Shown: positions 38,806 through 48,177 of the stretch, piece by piece
Layout: each line of letters begins with the position of its first letter
Position numbering within the stretch: the first letter of the stretch is position 1
Origin: Coriobacteriia bacterium
Lineage (GTDB): Bacteria > Actinomycetota > Coriobacteriia > Anaerosomatales > Anaerosomataceae
DNA: 64,000 bases
Direction: 5' to 3'
NCBI GenBank assembly: GCA_030655755.1
Contig: JAUSOQ010000038.1
Location: 5,451-69,450 of the forward strand
Notes under the pieces: model-generated
What the model was told of the DNA's origin: nothing
Seen by the model: the letters and a program-made list of their open reading frames with translations, nothing else
Databases searched by the model: none
Translations under genes and position numbers: made by a program

Positions 38806-40368
38806 CTACTTGTCCTCGTAGATACGAGGGTAGAGCGGTTCACCTTTGGTGACCACGGAGCCCGCAGGCAGCTGACCCCACTCCGCCGCGGCAGCGATGT
38901 CGGTGACGACAGTGATGTCGCCGAGTCCCAGGCGCACCCAGACTTCTGCCGAAGTCGATGGCATGACAGGCGCCGTGAACAGCGCAGCGATACGCACGGC
39001 CTCGAGAGCATTGTAGATGACCGCGCCAAGACGACCGGCGGTCTCCTCGCTCTTCGCGAGGTTCCACGGCGCCTGGTTCTCGATGTAGCGGTTCGCGTCT
39101 TTGATGACGTCCCAGGTCGCATCGAGCGCACTGACGTAGTCCAGCCGCGTCATCGCATCCTCGTACTTCTCCGGCAGGAAGCCGGCGAACGCCTTGAGTG
39201 TCGCATCCTCGTCAGTCTCTGGCTCATCGGCTGGGACGGTGGGCACGATGCCGTCGAAGTACTTCCCCACCATGTTGAACAGCCGGGAGCACAGGTTCCC
39301 CCAGTCGTTGGCCAGGTCGCCGTTGTAGCGCTGGACCATCGACTCCATCGAGATGGAGCCGTCCTGGCCGAAGGTGACGTCTCGCAAGAAATAGTAGCGG
39401 TACGCGTCCACACCGAAGCGCTCCACCAGCGATGCCGGCGTCTGCGCGTTGCCCTTGGACTTGCTCATCTTCTCGCCTTTGGTGAGCAGGAAACCGTGCG
39501 CGAACACACTACGGGGTGGCTCGACACCGGCGGCCATGAGCATCGCCGGCCAGATCACGCAGTGGAATCGGATGATGTCCTTACCCACGAAGTGGTACTG
39601 AGCAGGCCAGTAACGCTCGAACTTCGCCTGCTCCGCGGGATCGTCACTACCGTAGCCGATCGCGGTGATGTAGTTGAGTAGCGCGTCGATCCAGACGTAC
39701 GTGACGTGGTTCTCCGCGAAGGGAAGCGGCACGCCCCAGGTGAAGTTGGTGCGAGAGATCGAGAGGTCCCTGAGGCCCTGCCTCACGAACGAGAGGACCT
39801 CGTTGCGCCGTGTCTCCGGCTGGATGAAGTCCGGATTCGCCTCGAAGAAGTCGAGCAGGGGCTGCTGGAACTCGGACAGCTTGAAGAACCAGTTGTCCTC
39901 CCGGATGAACTCGACATCCCGACCGCACTGCGGACACTTGCCCTCCTCGAGCTGCTCCTCGGTCCAGAAGGTCTCATCGGGGACGCAGTACCAACCGTCG
40001 TAGTGGCCCTGGTACAGATAGCCTCGCTCGTGCAGCGAGACCCAGAACGCTTGGACGCCACGCTTGTGACGGTCTTCGGTGGTGCGGATGAAGTCATCAT
40101 ACGAGATGTCGAGCATCTCCCAGGCAGCCTCGAACTTGGGCGCGATCGTGTCGACCCAGGACTGCGGGTCCATGCCGTTCTCCTCGGCAGCCTGGGCGAT
40201 CTTCTGCCCATGTTCGTCGAGACCGGTCAGGAACATGACATCATGCCCGGTCATTCGCCGGTAGCGCGCAAGCGCATCAGCCGCTATCGTCGTGTACGCC
40301 GTACCCAGATGAGGCTCGGCGTTCACGTAGTAGATGGGGGTAGTGACATAGAACGTGCGGTCACTCAT
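38806..40368 (-). CDS. metG: Methionine--tRNA ligase
   Basis: YVTTPIYYVNAEPHLGTAYT (HIGH region), the KMSKSKGN motif and a Zn knuckle CPQCG. Confidence 0.95.
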   Translation of the reverse strand: MSDRTFYVTTPIYYVNAEPHLGTAYTTIAADALARYRRMTGHDVMFLTGLDEHGQKIAQAAEENGMDPQSWVDTIAPKFEAAWEMLDISYDDFIRTTEDRHKRGVQAFWVSLHERGYLYQGHYDGWYCVPDETFWTEEQLEEGKCPQCGRDVEFIREDNWFFKLSEFQQPLLDFFEANPDFIQPETRRNEVLSFVRQGLRDLSISRTNFTWGVPLPFAENHVTYVWIDALLNYITAIGYGSDDPAEQAKFERYWPAQYHFVGKDIIRFHCVIWPAMLMAAGVEPPRSVFAHGFLLTKGEKMSKSKGNAQTPASLVERFGVDAYRYYFLRDVTFGQDGSISMESMVQRYNGDLANDWGNLCSRLFNMVGKYFDGIVPTVPADEPETDEDATLKAFAGFLPEKYEDAMTRLDYVSALDATWDVIKDANRYIENQAPWNLAKSEETAGRLGAVIYNALEAVRIAALFTAPVMPSTSAEVWVRLGLGDITVVTDIAAAAEWGQLPAGSVVTKGEPLYPRIYEDK

Positions 40369-40482
40369 CGGTTACACGACTCCAAATGTGGGCATTTATG
40401 GAACTAGCCGAGTAGTTATCGGGGTACTTATGATAGCGCACGATGACTGACACGTAAGCGTCACCGGGAAAGGCAGGACCAG

Positions 40483-40725
40483 ATGAGTGATACAGGGATC
40501 GTGCGTCGGGTGGACGACTTGGGACGCATCGTCATTCCCATGGAGCTCCGCCGCACCCTCGGCATCAACGTAAAGGATCCGCTTTCGATCTCCGTCGAGG
40601 GTGAGCGCATCATACTCGAGAAGTACCGTAACGCCTGTGTGATCTGCGCCAGCCAGGAGAACATCTCGCAGTTCAAGGGCCGCTCGATATGTGACGCGTG
40701 CATCAAGGAGATCAAGAAGCGCTAA
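40483..40725 (+). CDS. abrB: AbrB/SpoVT-family transition-state regulator with a C-terminal four-Cys tail
   Basis: TGIVRRVDDLGRIVIPMELRRTLGINVKDPLSISVEGERIILEKY swapped-hairpin domain, then CVIC-x14-CDAC. Divergent from metG as in Bacillus. Confidence 0.9.
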   Translation: MSDTGIVRRVDDLGRIVIPMELRRTLGINVKDPLSISVEGERIILEKYRNACVICASQENISQFKGRSICDACIKEIKKR

Positions 40726-41555
40726 TCACCGAGCGCGATCCGGTACACATCATTGCGTGCGGTGCCCGTCTGCTCGGCAACGAGCTTCACCGCATCCTTC
40801 CGTGATGCTCCGCCGGCCATCAGTGTACCCAGCCTTGCCCTGATGTCGGAGTCGTCGACTTCTGCCGGGCCACCAGGCAGCGGTGGCCCGACCAGCAACA
40901 CCACCTCACCTTTCAGCTCTCGTGTCGCAAGCGAAGCGGCAAGCGCTCCGACCTCATCGCGCGTCACTTCTTCAAAGACCTTCGTGAGTTCGCGCGCCAT
41001 CGCAGCACGCCGTCCCGGTAGCACGCTCGCGATACCGGCAAGCGTGGCCGCAGTCCGTCTCGGCGACTCGTAGAAGACGAGCGTCGCATCCAAAGCGGCG
41101 AGCTTCTCCAGCTCGCGCGTCCGCTCTCCGGCCTTCCTCGGAAGAAAACCCCCGAAGTAGAACGCATATGTTGGCAGACCGCTCGCCACCAGCGCGGAGA
41201 TGATGGCCGATGCCCCCGGCAGCACCTCGACGCGCAGTCCCGCTTCCAGACACGCGTCGACCAGATGTGCGCCGGGATCGGAGATGCCGGGCGTGCCCGC
41301 GTCCGAGGCAAGGGCCACCCGCTGTCCGCGAGCGACACGCTCGACCACGACGGGCGTGCGGACTTCGAGGTTCCTAGCGTGGTATGCCTCAAGCGGCGTG
41401 TGGATGTCGTAACGCGCGAGCAGCTTCCGGGTGACCCGCGTGTCCTCGGCCTCGATGATGTCGGCATCGCGAAGAGCATCCAGCACCCGGAACGTGACAT
41501 CGCCGAGATTGCCGATGGGGGTCGCACAGACAATCAAGACACCGCTATCCGACAT
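40722..41555 (-). CDS. rsmI: 16S rRNA (cytidine1402-2'-O)-methyltransferase
   Basis: LIVCATPIGNLGDVTFRVLDALRDADIIEAEDTR. Its stop codon overlaps the abrB stop on the opposite strand. Confidence 0.93.
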   Translation of the reverse strand: MSDSGVLIVCATPIGNLGDVTFRVLDALRDADIIEAEDTRVTRKLLARYDIHTPLEAYHARNLEVRTPVVVERVARGQRVALASDAGTPGISDPGAHLVDACLEAGLRVEVLPGASAIISALVASGLPTYAFYFGGFLPRKAGERTRELEKLAALDATLVFYESPRRTAATLAGIASVLPGRRAAMARELTKVFEEVTRDEVGALAASLATRELKGEVVLLVGPPLPGGPAEVDDSDIRARLGTLMAGGASRKDAVKLVAEQTGTARNDVYRIALGD

Positions 41556-42426
41556 CGGGCACCCCCACAGCTACCGGATGCAGAAGACGATACCAGTACG
41601 TCCAGGCCGAGACATCGAACAGTGCGTACGGGCCGAGCAAGACGACACCCGGCAGCACGATCCATTGCCAGGCGAGTGCGGGCGTCAGGAGCACTACCCC
41701 GGTGAGGCCGAACGCATCGAGAGCGAACACGAAGGGCAGAAGGACGAACGTGGCGACCCACGCTGTGATGAAAAGCGACGCGCCTACGGCGAGGGTCCGC
41801 GGCAACGAGCCCGTGAGATCGGATACCGCGGCATGCACCGCCTCCATGGGGCGCACGCCGCCAAGGACCGCATGACGAACGGCGAGATCGCGCCATGCCC
41901 ACACGACTATCGCAAGAACGACCGCGAATCCGGAGTAGATGCCGATGGTGAAAAAGTCGAGCCCCCGCTCGGCGGTGTTCGCGACCGCACCGCCATCGAG
42001 GGCCGCCGCGCCGAGTGCGACAAGCGTCACGATCGGGACGAGCACCGGAACCACCACGAGGACATCGACTGCGACGACATCGCGCCACACGCGTGACCCG
42101 TCGCGCCAGGACTCAGCCGCAGTCAGCTTACACCGCTTTAGCGATGCATCAGCGGCGAACACAAGTGCCGCCGTTGCGATCTCCGAGATCAGCCACAGCC
42201 CTATCACGCCCGCAAGAACACCGAATGCGATGGCCCACGAAGCGGCAGGTCGCTCAGTAAGCCACGCGGCCAGGACCATGTTCGAGGCGAACAGCGGCTC
42301 GCCACTCTCAGCGTGGGTGACCGCAAGCTGCGTCGACCCGAGCATCGCGAGGATCCCGATGGGCCATAGCCTCACAGACCGTCGGGTGAAGCGGAACGCT
42401 GAGGATAGGGTGGCCCATACGCTCAC
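41545..42426 (-). CDS. Polytopic membrane protein of unknown function (paralog of the next gene)
   Basis: 293 aa with multiple hydrophobic helices and good codon bias. Shares motif order with the 42430..43446 protein (for example LAVRHAVLGGV vs LAVRYGVLHDV). Confidence 0.6.
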   Translation of the reverse strand: MSVWATLSSAFRFTRRSVRLWPIGILAMLGSTQLAVTHAESGEPLFASNMVLAAWLTERPAASWAIAFGVLAGVIGLWLISEIATAALVFAADASLKRCKLTAAESWRDGSRVWRDVVAVDVLVVVPVLVPIVTLVALGAAALDGGAVANTAERGLDFFTIGIYSGFAVVLAIVVWAWRDLAVRHAVLGGVRPMEAVHAAVSDLTGSLPRTLAVGASLFITAWVATFVLLPFVFALDAFGLTGVVLLTPALAWQWIVLPGVVLLGPYALFDVSAWTYWYRLLHPVAVGVPDVG

Positions 42427-42429
42427 TCG

Positions 42430-43446
42430 TCAGACCTCCGGAACGTCCTCGACCGGCTGCACGACCGGGGGCGCTGCCTCGGTGGCGGACGGAGCGGAGG
42501 ATGTGGGAGCGTAGCCTTGCGTCATACCCGGCATCGAGACCGCGGTAGCAACCTCGGCGCCGGTCATCCGGCGGAAGAAGATCGTCCAACTTGCCGAGTA
42601 GAACGTGTTGTAGATCGCTCCCGGCAGGAGCAGAAGCAGCACCAACATGAACAAGAGGCCGACTCCCGCGAGAACGGCGCCCGAAACGATGAGCAGGATC
42701 GCAGGGATCAAAATGATGAAGCTCGCGACCAGGATGACGACTCCGTAGGCGAACTGAGGCAGGAGCATGACCAGCCACATCACTGCCGCCCCACGTTTGG
42801 CCCGAAGATCAGCCCACCCCTGCTTGATCGCCTGGCCGAACGTCACATCGTGCAGCACGCCATAGCGCACCGCCAACTCGCCGATGACACTGACGAGGAA
42901 TCCCACGCCAAGGATGAGGACGACGGACAACACGAGCGTGCCGCACATCATTCCGCCGAACCCGAGCGCCGCTGCAATCGATTCGTGCTCGAAACCGGCT
43001 GCGAGCCCAAAACCTACACCGAAGAGCAGGATGACCATGACCCCGATGATCAGGAGCATGGGAAGTCCCAGCATGAGACCGATCATGAACGTGCGACCCC
43101 AGTAGCGGAAACCTACCCGCCAGCCATTGCCGGCCTTGACGGGACGGCCTTCCTCGGCCTCGTTCACAAGATGTGCGAGGCCACCACGTGCGGCGATACC
43201 AAGAACGAACATGACCAGGACGAAGACGACGAACGCCACAGCGAGCACGACGAGCAGGACCACGTTCTGCTCGACCCATCGGCCGAACGGCTCGAGGTCG
43301 GCGTACGTGGAGTTGTCCCTCCACTGGGCCATATTACCGGTGCTGCCGCCGCTCGAGGACGCCACAGCGAAGAAGCCGAGCACCCATAACACCTTGTGGC
43401 GCCAGGTGACCTCCCCGGCCTTTTTGAGGATCCCGAAGTAGTCCAC
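42430..43446 (-). CDS. Polytopic membrane protein of unknown function with a Pro/Ala-rich C-terminal tail
   Basis: 338 aa. N-terminal MDYFGILKKAGEVTWRHKVLWVLGFF, six or more TM helices. The antisense 290-aa ORF is Asp/His/Arg-rich and was rejected. Confidence 0.65.
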   Translation of the reverse strand: MDYFGILKKAGEVTWRHKVLWVLGFFAVASSSGGSTGNMAQWRDNSTYADLEPFGRWVEQNVVLLVVLAVAFVVFVLVMFVLGIAARGGLAHLVNEAEEGRPVKAGNGWRVGFRYWGRTFMIGLMLGLPMLLIIGVMVILLFGVGFGLAAGFEHESIAAALGFGGMMCGTLVLSVVLILGVGFLVSVIGELAVRYGVLHDVTFGQAIKQGWADLRAKRGAAVMWLVMLLPQFAYGVVILVASFIILIPAILLIVSGAVLAGVGLLFMLVLLLLLPGAIYNTFYSASWTIFFRRMTGAEVATAVSMPGMTQGYAPTSSAPSATEAAPPVVQPVEDVPEV

Positions 43447-43470
43447 GCTTCCCCCTTTGTCTAAACGTCG

Positions 43471-44589
43471 TTACTCGATCGTCTTGAGTTCGTATGTGCG
43501 CGAACCAAGGCCGAGTGACTCCGCATACGCCATCATATGCGTGCCATCGATACCGCTCACCTCGGCGAACTTGTCGGTGCCCTTGGCAAGACCCTCGCCT
43601 CGAGAACCCGGCAGGCCCGCCGAAGCGTTCACCAGGTCGTAGGCCGCCTGGTCGATCGCAACGATGTCGGTCGAGGCAAGTACGCCGATGTCGGCGACGA
43701 TCGGCGCATCGGAGAAGTTCCAGCAGTCGCAATCCGGTGAGATGGCGGTAAGGAACGAGAGGTAGACGACCTTACCCGCCTTGCCCGAAAGCACTCCTGC
43801 GACGTGTTCGGCGATCTTCTCCTGCAACATGGCCGCCTCGGTCTTCCACTGCGTAGCGATGGCGCCGTACGGACATGCCGCAACACACTCACCGCATCCG
43901 TAGCAGACCTCGTAATCGACCACTGCAACACGATCGGGCCCGATGGTGATGGCGCCCACCGGACACCACTGCACGCAACGCTTGCAGGCCGTGCACTTCT
44001 CGGCCGTCACTTCGGGTCGGAAGTCCGCGTGCATGCGCTGCTTCGCCGAGCGACAGCCTAGACCCATGCCGACGTTCTTGAGCGCTCCGCCGAAACCAAC
44101 CGCCTCGTGACCCTTGACGTGCGTCACGACGACCATCGCATCCGCATGGACAGCGGCGGCGGCGATCCGAACGCTGTCGAAGTGTTTGCCCGAGATGGGC
44201 ACATCGACCGCCTCACGTCCGTCGAGACCGTCCGCGATGATAAGCGGCGCATCAATGGTCGCGTAGGCGAAACCGTTGTGCAGTGCGCATGCCAGATGAT
44301 CGACCGCATTGAAGCGCTGACCACGATAGAGTGTGTTGGCGTCAGTCAAGAACGGCTTGCCTCCAGCCGCCTTGACGCGTCGCACGACCTCGCGCAGGTG
44401 GATGGGCTGCACGAATCCGGTGTTGCCTTCCTCTCCGAAGTGCAGCTTGATGGCGACCAGATTCTGATCGAAAATGGCCTCCTTAAGACCCGCGCGATCC
44501 AGAAGATCCCCGGCACGTTTCACAAGACTGCGCTTCATCTTCGAGCGTATCGGGGCGAAGTACACCACGGGCTTACGGGTGTCGGTCAT
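43471..44589 (-). CDS. DUF362 domain protein with a 2x[4Fe-4S] ferredoxin insert
   Basis: VAIKLHFGEEGNTGFVQP...FLTDANTLY DUF362 pattern plus CTACKRCVQWCP and CYGCGECVAACP. Confidence 0.85.
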   Translation of the reverse strand: MTDTRKPVVYFAPIRSKMKRSLVKRAGDLLDRAGLKEAIFDQNLVAIKLHFGEEGNTGFVQPIHLREVVRRVKAAGGKPFLTDANTLYRGQRFNAVDHLACALHNGFAYATIDAPLIIADGLDGREAVDVPISGKHFDSVRIAAAAVHADAMVVVTHVKGHEAVGFGGALKNVGMGLGCRSAKQRMHADFRPEVTAEKCTACKRCVQWCPVGAITIGPDRVAVVDYEVCYGCGECVAACPYGAIATQWKTEAAMLQEKIAEHVAGVLSGKAGKVVYLSFLTAISPDCDCWNFSDAPIVADIGVLASTDIVAIDQAAYDLVNASAGLPGSRGEGLAKGTDKFAEVSGIDGTHMMAYAESLGLGSRTYELKTIE

Positions 44590-45560
44590 CGATGCAGCCC
44601 CTCCCGCGCGTCATGTTCATCGAACGCAAGCGCTGCGGCGCCGAGAACACCTGCGTCGTTACCGAGTTCGGCTTGCACGACACTCACGTCCCTGCGTCCC
44701 GCCAGCGCCTCGGCCGCTATGATCTCGGCAGCCCGCTCCACTAAAAATCCGCACGACTCGCCGATACCGCCTCCGACGACGATAAGCTTGGGGTTCAGAA
44801 GGTTCACGATACCGACGAGCGCTTCGCCGAGGATCGCTCCCGCGTCCAGCAAGATGCCACGCGCTATCTCGTCACCGGCAAGCGCCGCGTTGATGACGTC
44901 CTCGGCAGTCACCGCCTCCGGGTCTCCACCGGCCATATCGCGTATCGCCTGACCGCGGAACTCGCGCGCAACCTCCCGGCCGCGCGCAGCGATCGGCGGA
45001 CGGCCGAGATAGGATTCTATGTGACCCTTACCCCCGCACGGACATGGCGCGCCATCGAGGCGCACGACCATGTGCCCGATCTCACCACCAAGACCACGGG
45101 AGCCACGGTACGGTTCCCCATCAAGGAACAGCAAGCCGCCGACACCCGTACCCAGCGTGATCATCACAAAGTCACGAACGCCCTTACCGGCGCCGAAACG
45201 ACTTTCGCCGATGCCTGCACAGTTACCGTCATTATCGATGGTCACGTCATGGCGGATCCGCGACATCACGAGCGAGCGTACGTCAATGCCGGCGAGCGGC
45301 AGGTTCGTGCAGAACTCGACCGACTGTTTGAGGAAATCGATCTGCGCCGGCAGACCTATACCCACTCCCGCGAGTTCGGCAGGGTGGGTGCCTCCCATGA
45401 CCTCGCCGATGAGGTCGACGATCACATCGATGACGCCGAACGGGCCCGTCTTCGGCGTGAGTGTGCGGGCCTCTTTGAGCATGCGGCCCTTACGTTCGAC
45501 CAGACCGGCAGCGATGCGGGTGCCGCCGACGTCGACGCCTATAGCGTACGTCGTACGCAT
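44586..45560 (-). CDS. ROK-family sugar kinase (glucokinase-like)
   Basis: AIGVDVGGTRIAAGLV, DNDGNCAGIGE and the Zn motif HMVVRLDGAPCPCGGKGHIESY. Confidence 0.88.
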   Translation of the reverse strand: MRTTYAIGVDVGGTRIAAGLVERKGRMLKEARTLTPKTGPFGVIDVIVDLIGEVMGGTHPAELAGVGIGLPAQIDFLKQSVEFCTNLPLAGIDVRSLVMSRIRHDVTIDNDGNCAGIGESRFGAGKGVRDFVMITLGTGVGGLLFLDGEPYRGSRGLGGEIGHMVVRLDGAPCPCGGKGHIESYLGRPPIAARGREVAREFRGQAIRDMAGGDPEAVTAEDVINAALAGDEIARGILLDAGAILGEALVGIVNLLNPKLIVVGGGIGESCGFLVERAAEIIAAEALAGRRDVSVVQAELGNDAGVLGAAALAFDEHDAREGLHR

Positions 45561-45605
45561 GACACCTCCCGAGTCGTGTTGTGAGAGCGGGCACCACCGA
45601 TGATA

Positions 45606-46100
45606 TCAGTAGTCCCAGATGATGCCCCGATTCTTGATGATGCCCATTTGTTGCATCCGTTCGAGCATGCGCTTCTCGGTCACACCGAAGAGCCGGGCGA
45701 GGTAGCGGTAGTCGTTGAACCACTTCTTGGCTTGATCGCGCACCATGAACTCGGGGATCTCGAGCTCGTCGGCGATGATGTCGGCCTCATGATGCTCGTA
45801 TGTGCTGCCCTTCGGATAGTTCTCAGAGACATCGGCCATCAGTACCAACAAGTGGCCAAGAACGTGTCCGAGTCCTGCCCGCTGCGTGTCCGGTTCCTTG
45901 GTGGTGTTCACTAAAACGCTCGGCATGCCGTCCTCGTAGATCAGCGCTGCCGTGAACCAGAGCGGCAGCTCCAAGCTCAGAACGGGCACGCCAAGGAACC
46001 GCGTGATGTCATCGATCGGCACCGGCGGCTCCTCGATCCCCGCCTTCTTGATCACGTCCTCGGCAAGTAACCGATAGTATGCGTCCGTGTGAAGCGACAT
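45606..46100 (-). CDS. ImmA/IrrE-like (DUF955) protein with a degenerate metal motif HVLGH
   Basis: The family layout is conserved (RAGLGHVLGHLLV ... EADIIADELEIPEFMV ... LARLFGVTEKRMLERM), but the HExxH Glu is replaced by Val. Confidence 0.6.
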   Translation of the reverse strand: MSLHTDAYYRLLAEDVIKKAGIEEPPVPIDDITRFLGVPVLSLELPLWFTAALIYEDGMPSVLVNTTKEPDTQRAGLGHVLGHLLVLMADVSENYPKGSTYEHHEADIIADELEIPEFMVRDQAKKWFNDYRYLARLFGVTEKRMLERMQQMGIIKNRGIIWDY

Positions 46101-46256
46101 ATCCCTCCAGAGTCACGCGTTCATACTGACAGGATAGCGGTACCATGTAAGTATCGGCTTAGACAGTGGGTCGAGTTGAGCATCCCGTTGAGCGTCCTAC
46201 GTCCTATGCCGATATCTTCCTCAGACGAACACGCTCGGAACATGGGAGGGAGCACG

Positions 46257-48164
46257 GTGGAGAGTCGGCCCGGTCAGGGCGCCCAGATGCACGCCGAGCA
46301 GACGTTGCGCCTGCTCGCCAGCGCCGCCAACGCCGTACGCCTCTACCCTGAATCCAGTCCTCTTCGAGAGGCCGCCATCGAACGCTTCACCGAGGCGAGC
46401 GCAACACTGGCCTCTCAGGGACCCTTACAGTTCATTGTGGACCGCAATCAATTCGTCATACAGGGCACACCTGTCGGCCATGCATATCCCCAGGTCGCTG
46501 CACTGGCAGAGGCGTTGCACGCGCTGCAGGTGGGTCAACTGATCATCGCACCCGGTATAACCACAGACGAAGTGAAGGCGTTTCTTCAGATCCTCGGCAT
46601 GGAGGCGCGTTCGGTTCGCGCCTCGGGCGGGGCGCGCGACGCGCTCGTACGTGCCGGCGTCAGCAACATCGCCTTGGTCGAAGTGAGCCTTCGTGCGTCC
46701 ACGGAGACCGGCATCATGGGAGTCGATCTGACCGTCGCGCCCGTGGAGGATATCGCGACCGAACTCCCGGGGCTTGCTCACCAGTGGCTCACGTCCCTTA
46801 AAGACGGCGCCGGCCGAGACGACATGGCCTCCGCGATCGACAGACTCGAGACCGCCGCTCGCGACCTTGCAGCCAAGCGCGTGACCGAAGCGCTCCTGCG
46901 ATTGGACGAGAGCACCCGTGTCAACATCATCACTGCGGCGATGCAGGCCGACTCCTCCGGCCAGCGGATGGACGGCATGCTGAAAGTCATCTCGAAGATG
47001 ACACCCGCGGCACTCGCACGTCTGCTGAAACTCGTGGCCACGCGACTCGAGCAAGAACCCAGCGCACTTGTGAGTACGATCGATATCCCGCCCGAAGTCG
47101 CACGCGAGCTCCAGGCACTACTGACGTCATCACCACAAAGTGAAGAGCAACGTGGTGTCCCGGCCGATCCGCGGATCGAGGAGATGGCGGAGGACATGGC
47201 CGAGGCGCAAGAACAAGACTCGGAGCGGATCGAGCAGCTCGTCTCGGTCACCAAGACGACATCGCCCGCCGGACGGGCACTGGCGACCACCGTCGAGATC
47301 GCACGACTGCGGCCGGGTGAAGAATCGGTCAAGGCCCTGGGTGAGGCTATCCCGCCCGCGATCCGTGCGTCGGCGTTTTGCGAGGTTGACGCCGCCATGG
47401 CCTTGTTGCATGACTTCGCCTCGGACAGTGAGCTTGCGCCAGCGATAGCGCAGATACGATCCCGTCTCTCGAATCCGGAGCTTCTCGCGGACGTATGCCG
47501 CGTACTCGTTGGAAACCCCGACGAGGAAGGTGCGGTCGCGATCATCTCGGCAGCGGGTCCGGCCGGCGCGGAGGTGCTGCTCGCGACATACATCGACGCT
47601 GATGAGGCGGGCCGTACGGCTTTGCAGCCTGTGGTCGCGCGATTGGCCGAGAGCATTGGCGCGGCCACCAGCCGCATCGTGCGCACCGGCGATCATCAGG
47701 CCGCCGTCGTCGTCGTCCGTCTCCTGCTCTCTTTGCGAGACAAGCGCGTATTACCCACGATCGCACAGGCGCTCGAACACCTCGATGCGGCGGTCCGCTC
47801 GGCCGCCGTCACAGCGATCGCGGAGCTGCCCGGACCTGAGAGCACGCAACTGCTGAAAAAGGCGCTCTCACACCGGGATCCCGAGACGCGGCGATTCGCA
47901 GCCCATGAGATCGGACGCCTGGGTATCCGTGACGCAGTGCCCGCACTCCTGAAGATCCTCGAGGATGTACGGCTCATCGAAAGAAATCACGAGCTGAAGA
48001 AAGAAGTCTTAAAAAGTCTGGAGATACTGCGGCCGACGGAAGCCCTTCCGGAACTTGGCCGCATGGCGAACCGTCGATTCGTGCTCGGCAAGCAGGATCG
48101 CGAGCTGCGCTACCTCGCTCGCCGTGTCTTCGCAAGCACACGTAGGGATGAAAGTGACACCTGA
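46257..48164 (+). CDS. HEAT-repeat (PBS-lyase type) protein whose N-terminal domain is related to that of the downstream HD-GYP protein
   Basis: GTG 46257 follows GGGAGGGAG (alternative starts 46206/46242/46287). C-terminal repeats LDAAVRSAAVTAIAEL...HRDPETRRFAAHEIGRLGIRDAVPALLKIL. Confidence 0.65.
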   Translation: MESRPGQGAQMHAEQTLRLLASAANAVRLYPESSPLREAAIERFTEASATLASQGPLQFIVDRNQFVIQGTPVGHAYPQVAALAEALHALQVGQLIIAPGITTDEVKAFLQILGMEARSVRASGGARDALVRAGVSNIALVEVSLRASTETGIMGVDLTVAPVEDIATELPGLAHQWLTSLKDGAGRDDMASAIDRLETAARDLAAKRVTEALLRLDESTRVNIITAAMQADSSGQRMDGMLKVISKMTPAALARLLKLVATRLEQEPSALVSTIDIPPEVARELQALLTSSPQSEEQRGVPADPRIEEMAEDMAEAQEQDSERIEQLVSVTKTTSPAGRALATTVEIARLRPGEESVKALGEAIPPAIRASAFCEVDAAMALLHDFASDSELAPAIAQIRSRLSNPELLADVCRVLVGNPDEEGAVAIISAAGPAGAEVLLATYIDADEAGRTALQPVVARLAESIGAATSRIVRTGDHQAAVVVVRLLLSLRDKRVLPTIAQALEHLDAAVRSAAVTAIAELPGPESTQLLKKALSHRDPETRRFAAHEIGRLGIRDAVPALLKILEDVRLIERNHELKKEVLKSLEILRPTEALPELGRMANRRFVLGKQDRELRYLARRVFASTRRDESDT

Positions 48165-48177
48165 GAGGTGAAGCCCC

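Noticed and set aside
38793-39131. N-terminal extension of the tatD ORF
   Set aside because: It overlaps the 3' end of metG in another frame and is Arg/Ser-rich. The ATG at 38792 gives a normal TatD start.
38659-39681. 340-aa ORF on the plus strand
   Set aside because: It is antisense to metG and tatD. It is a shadow ORF.
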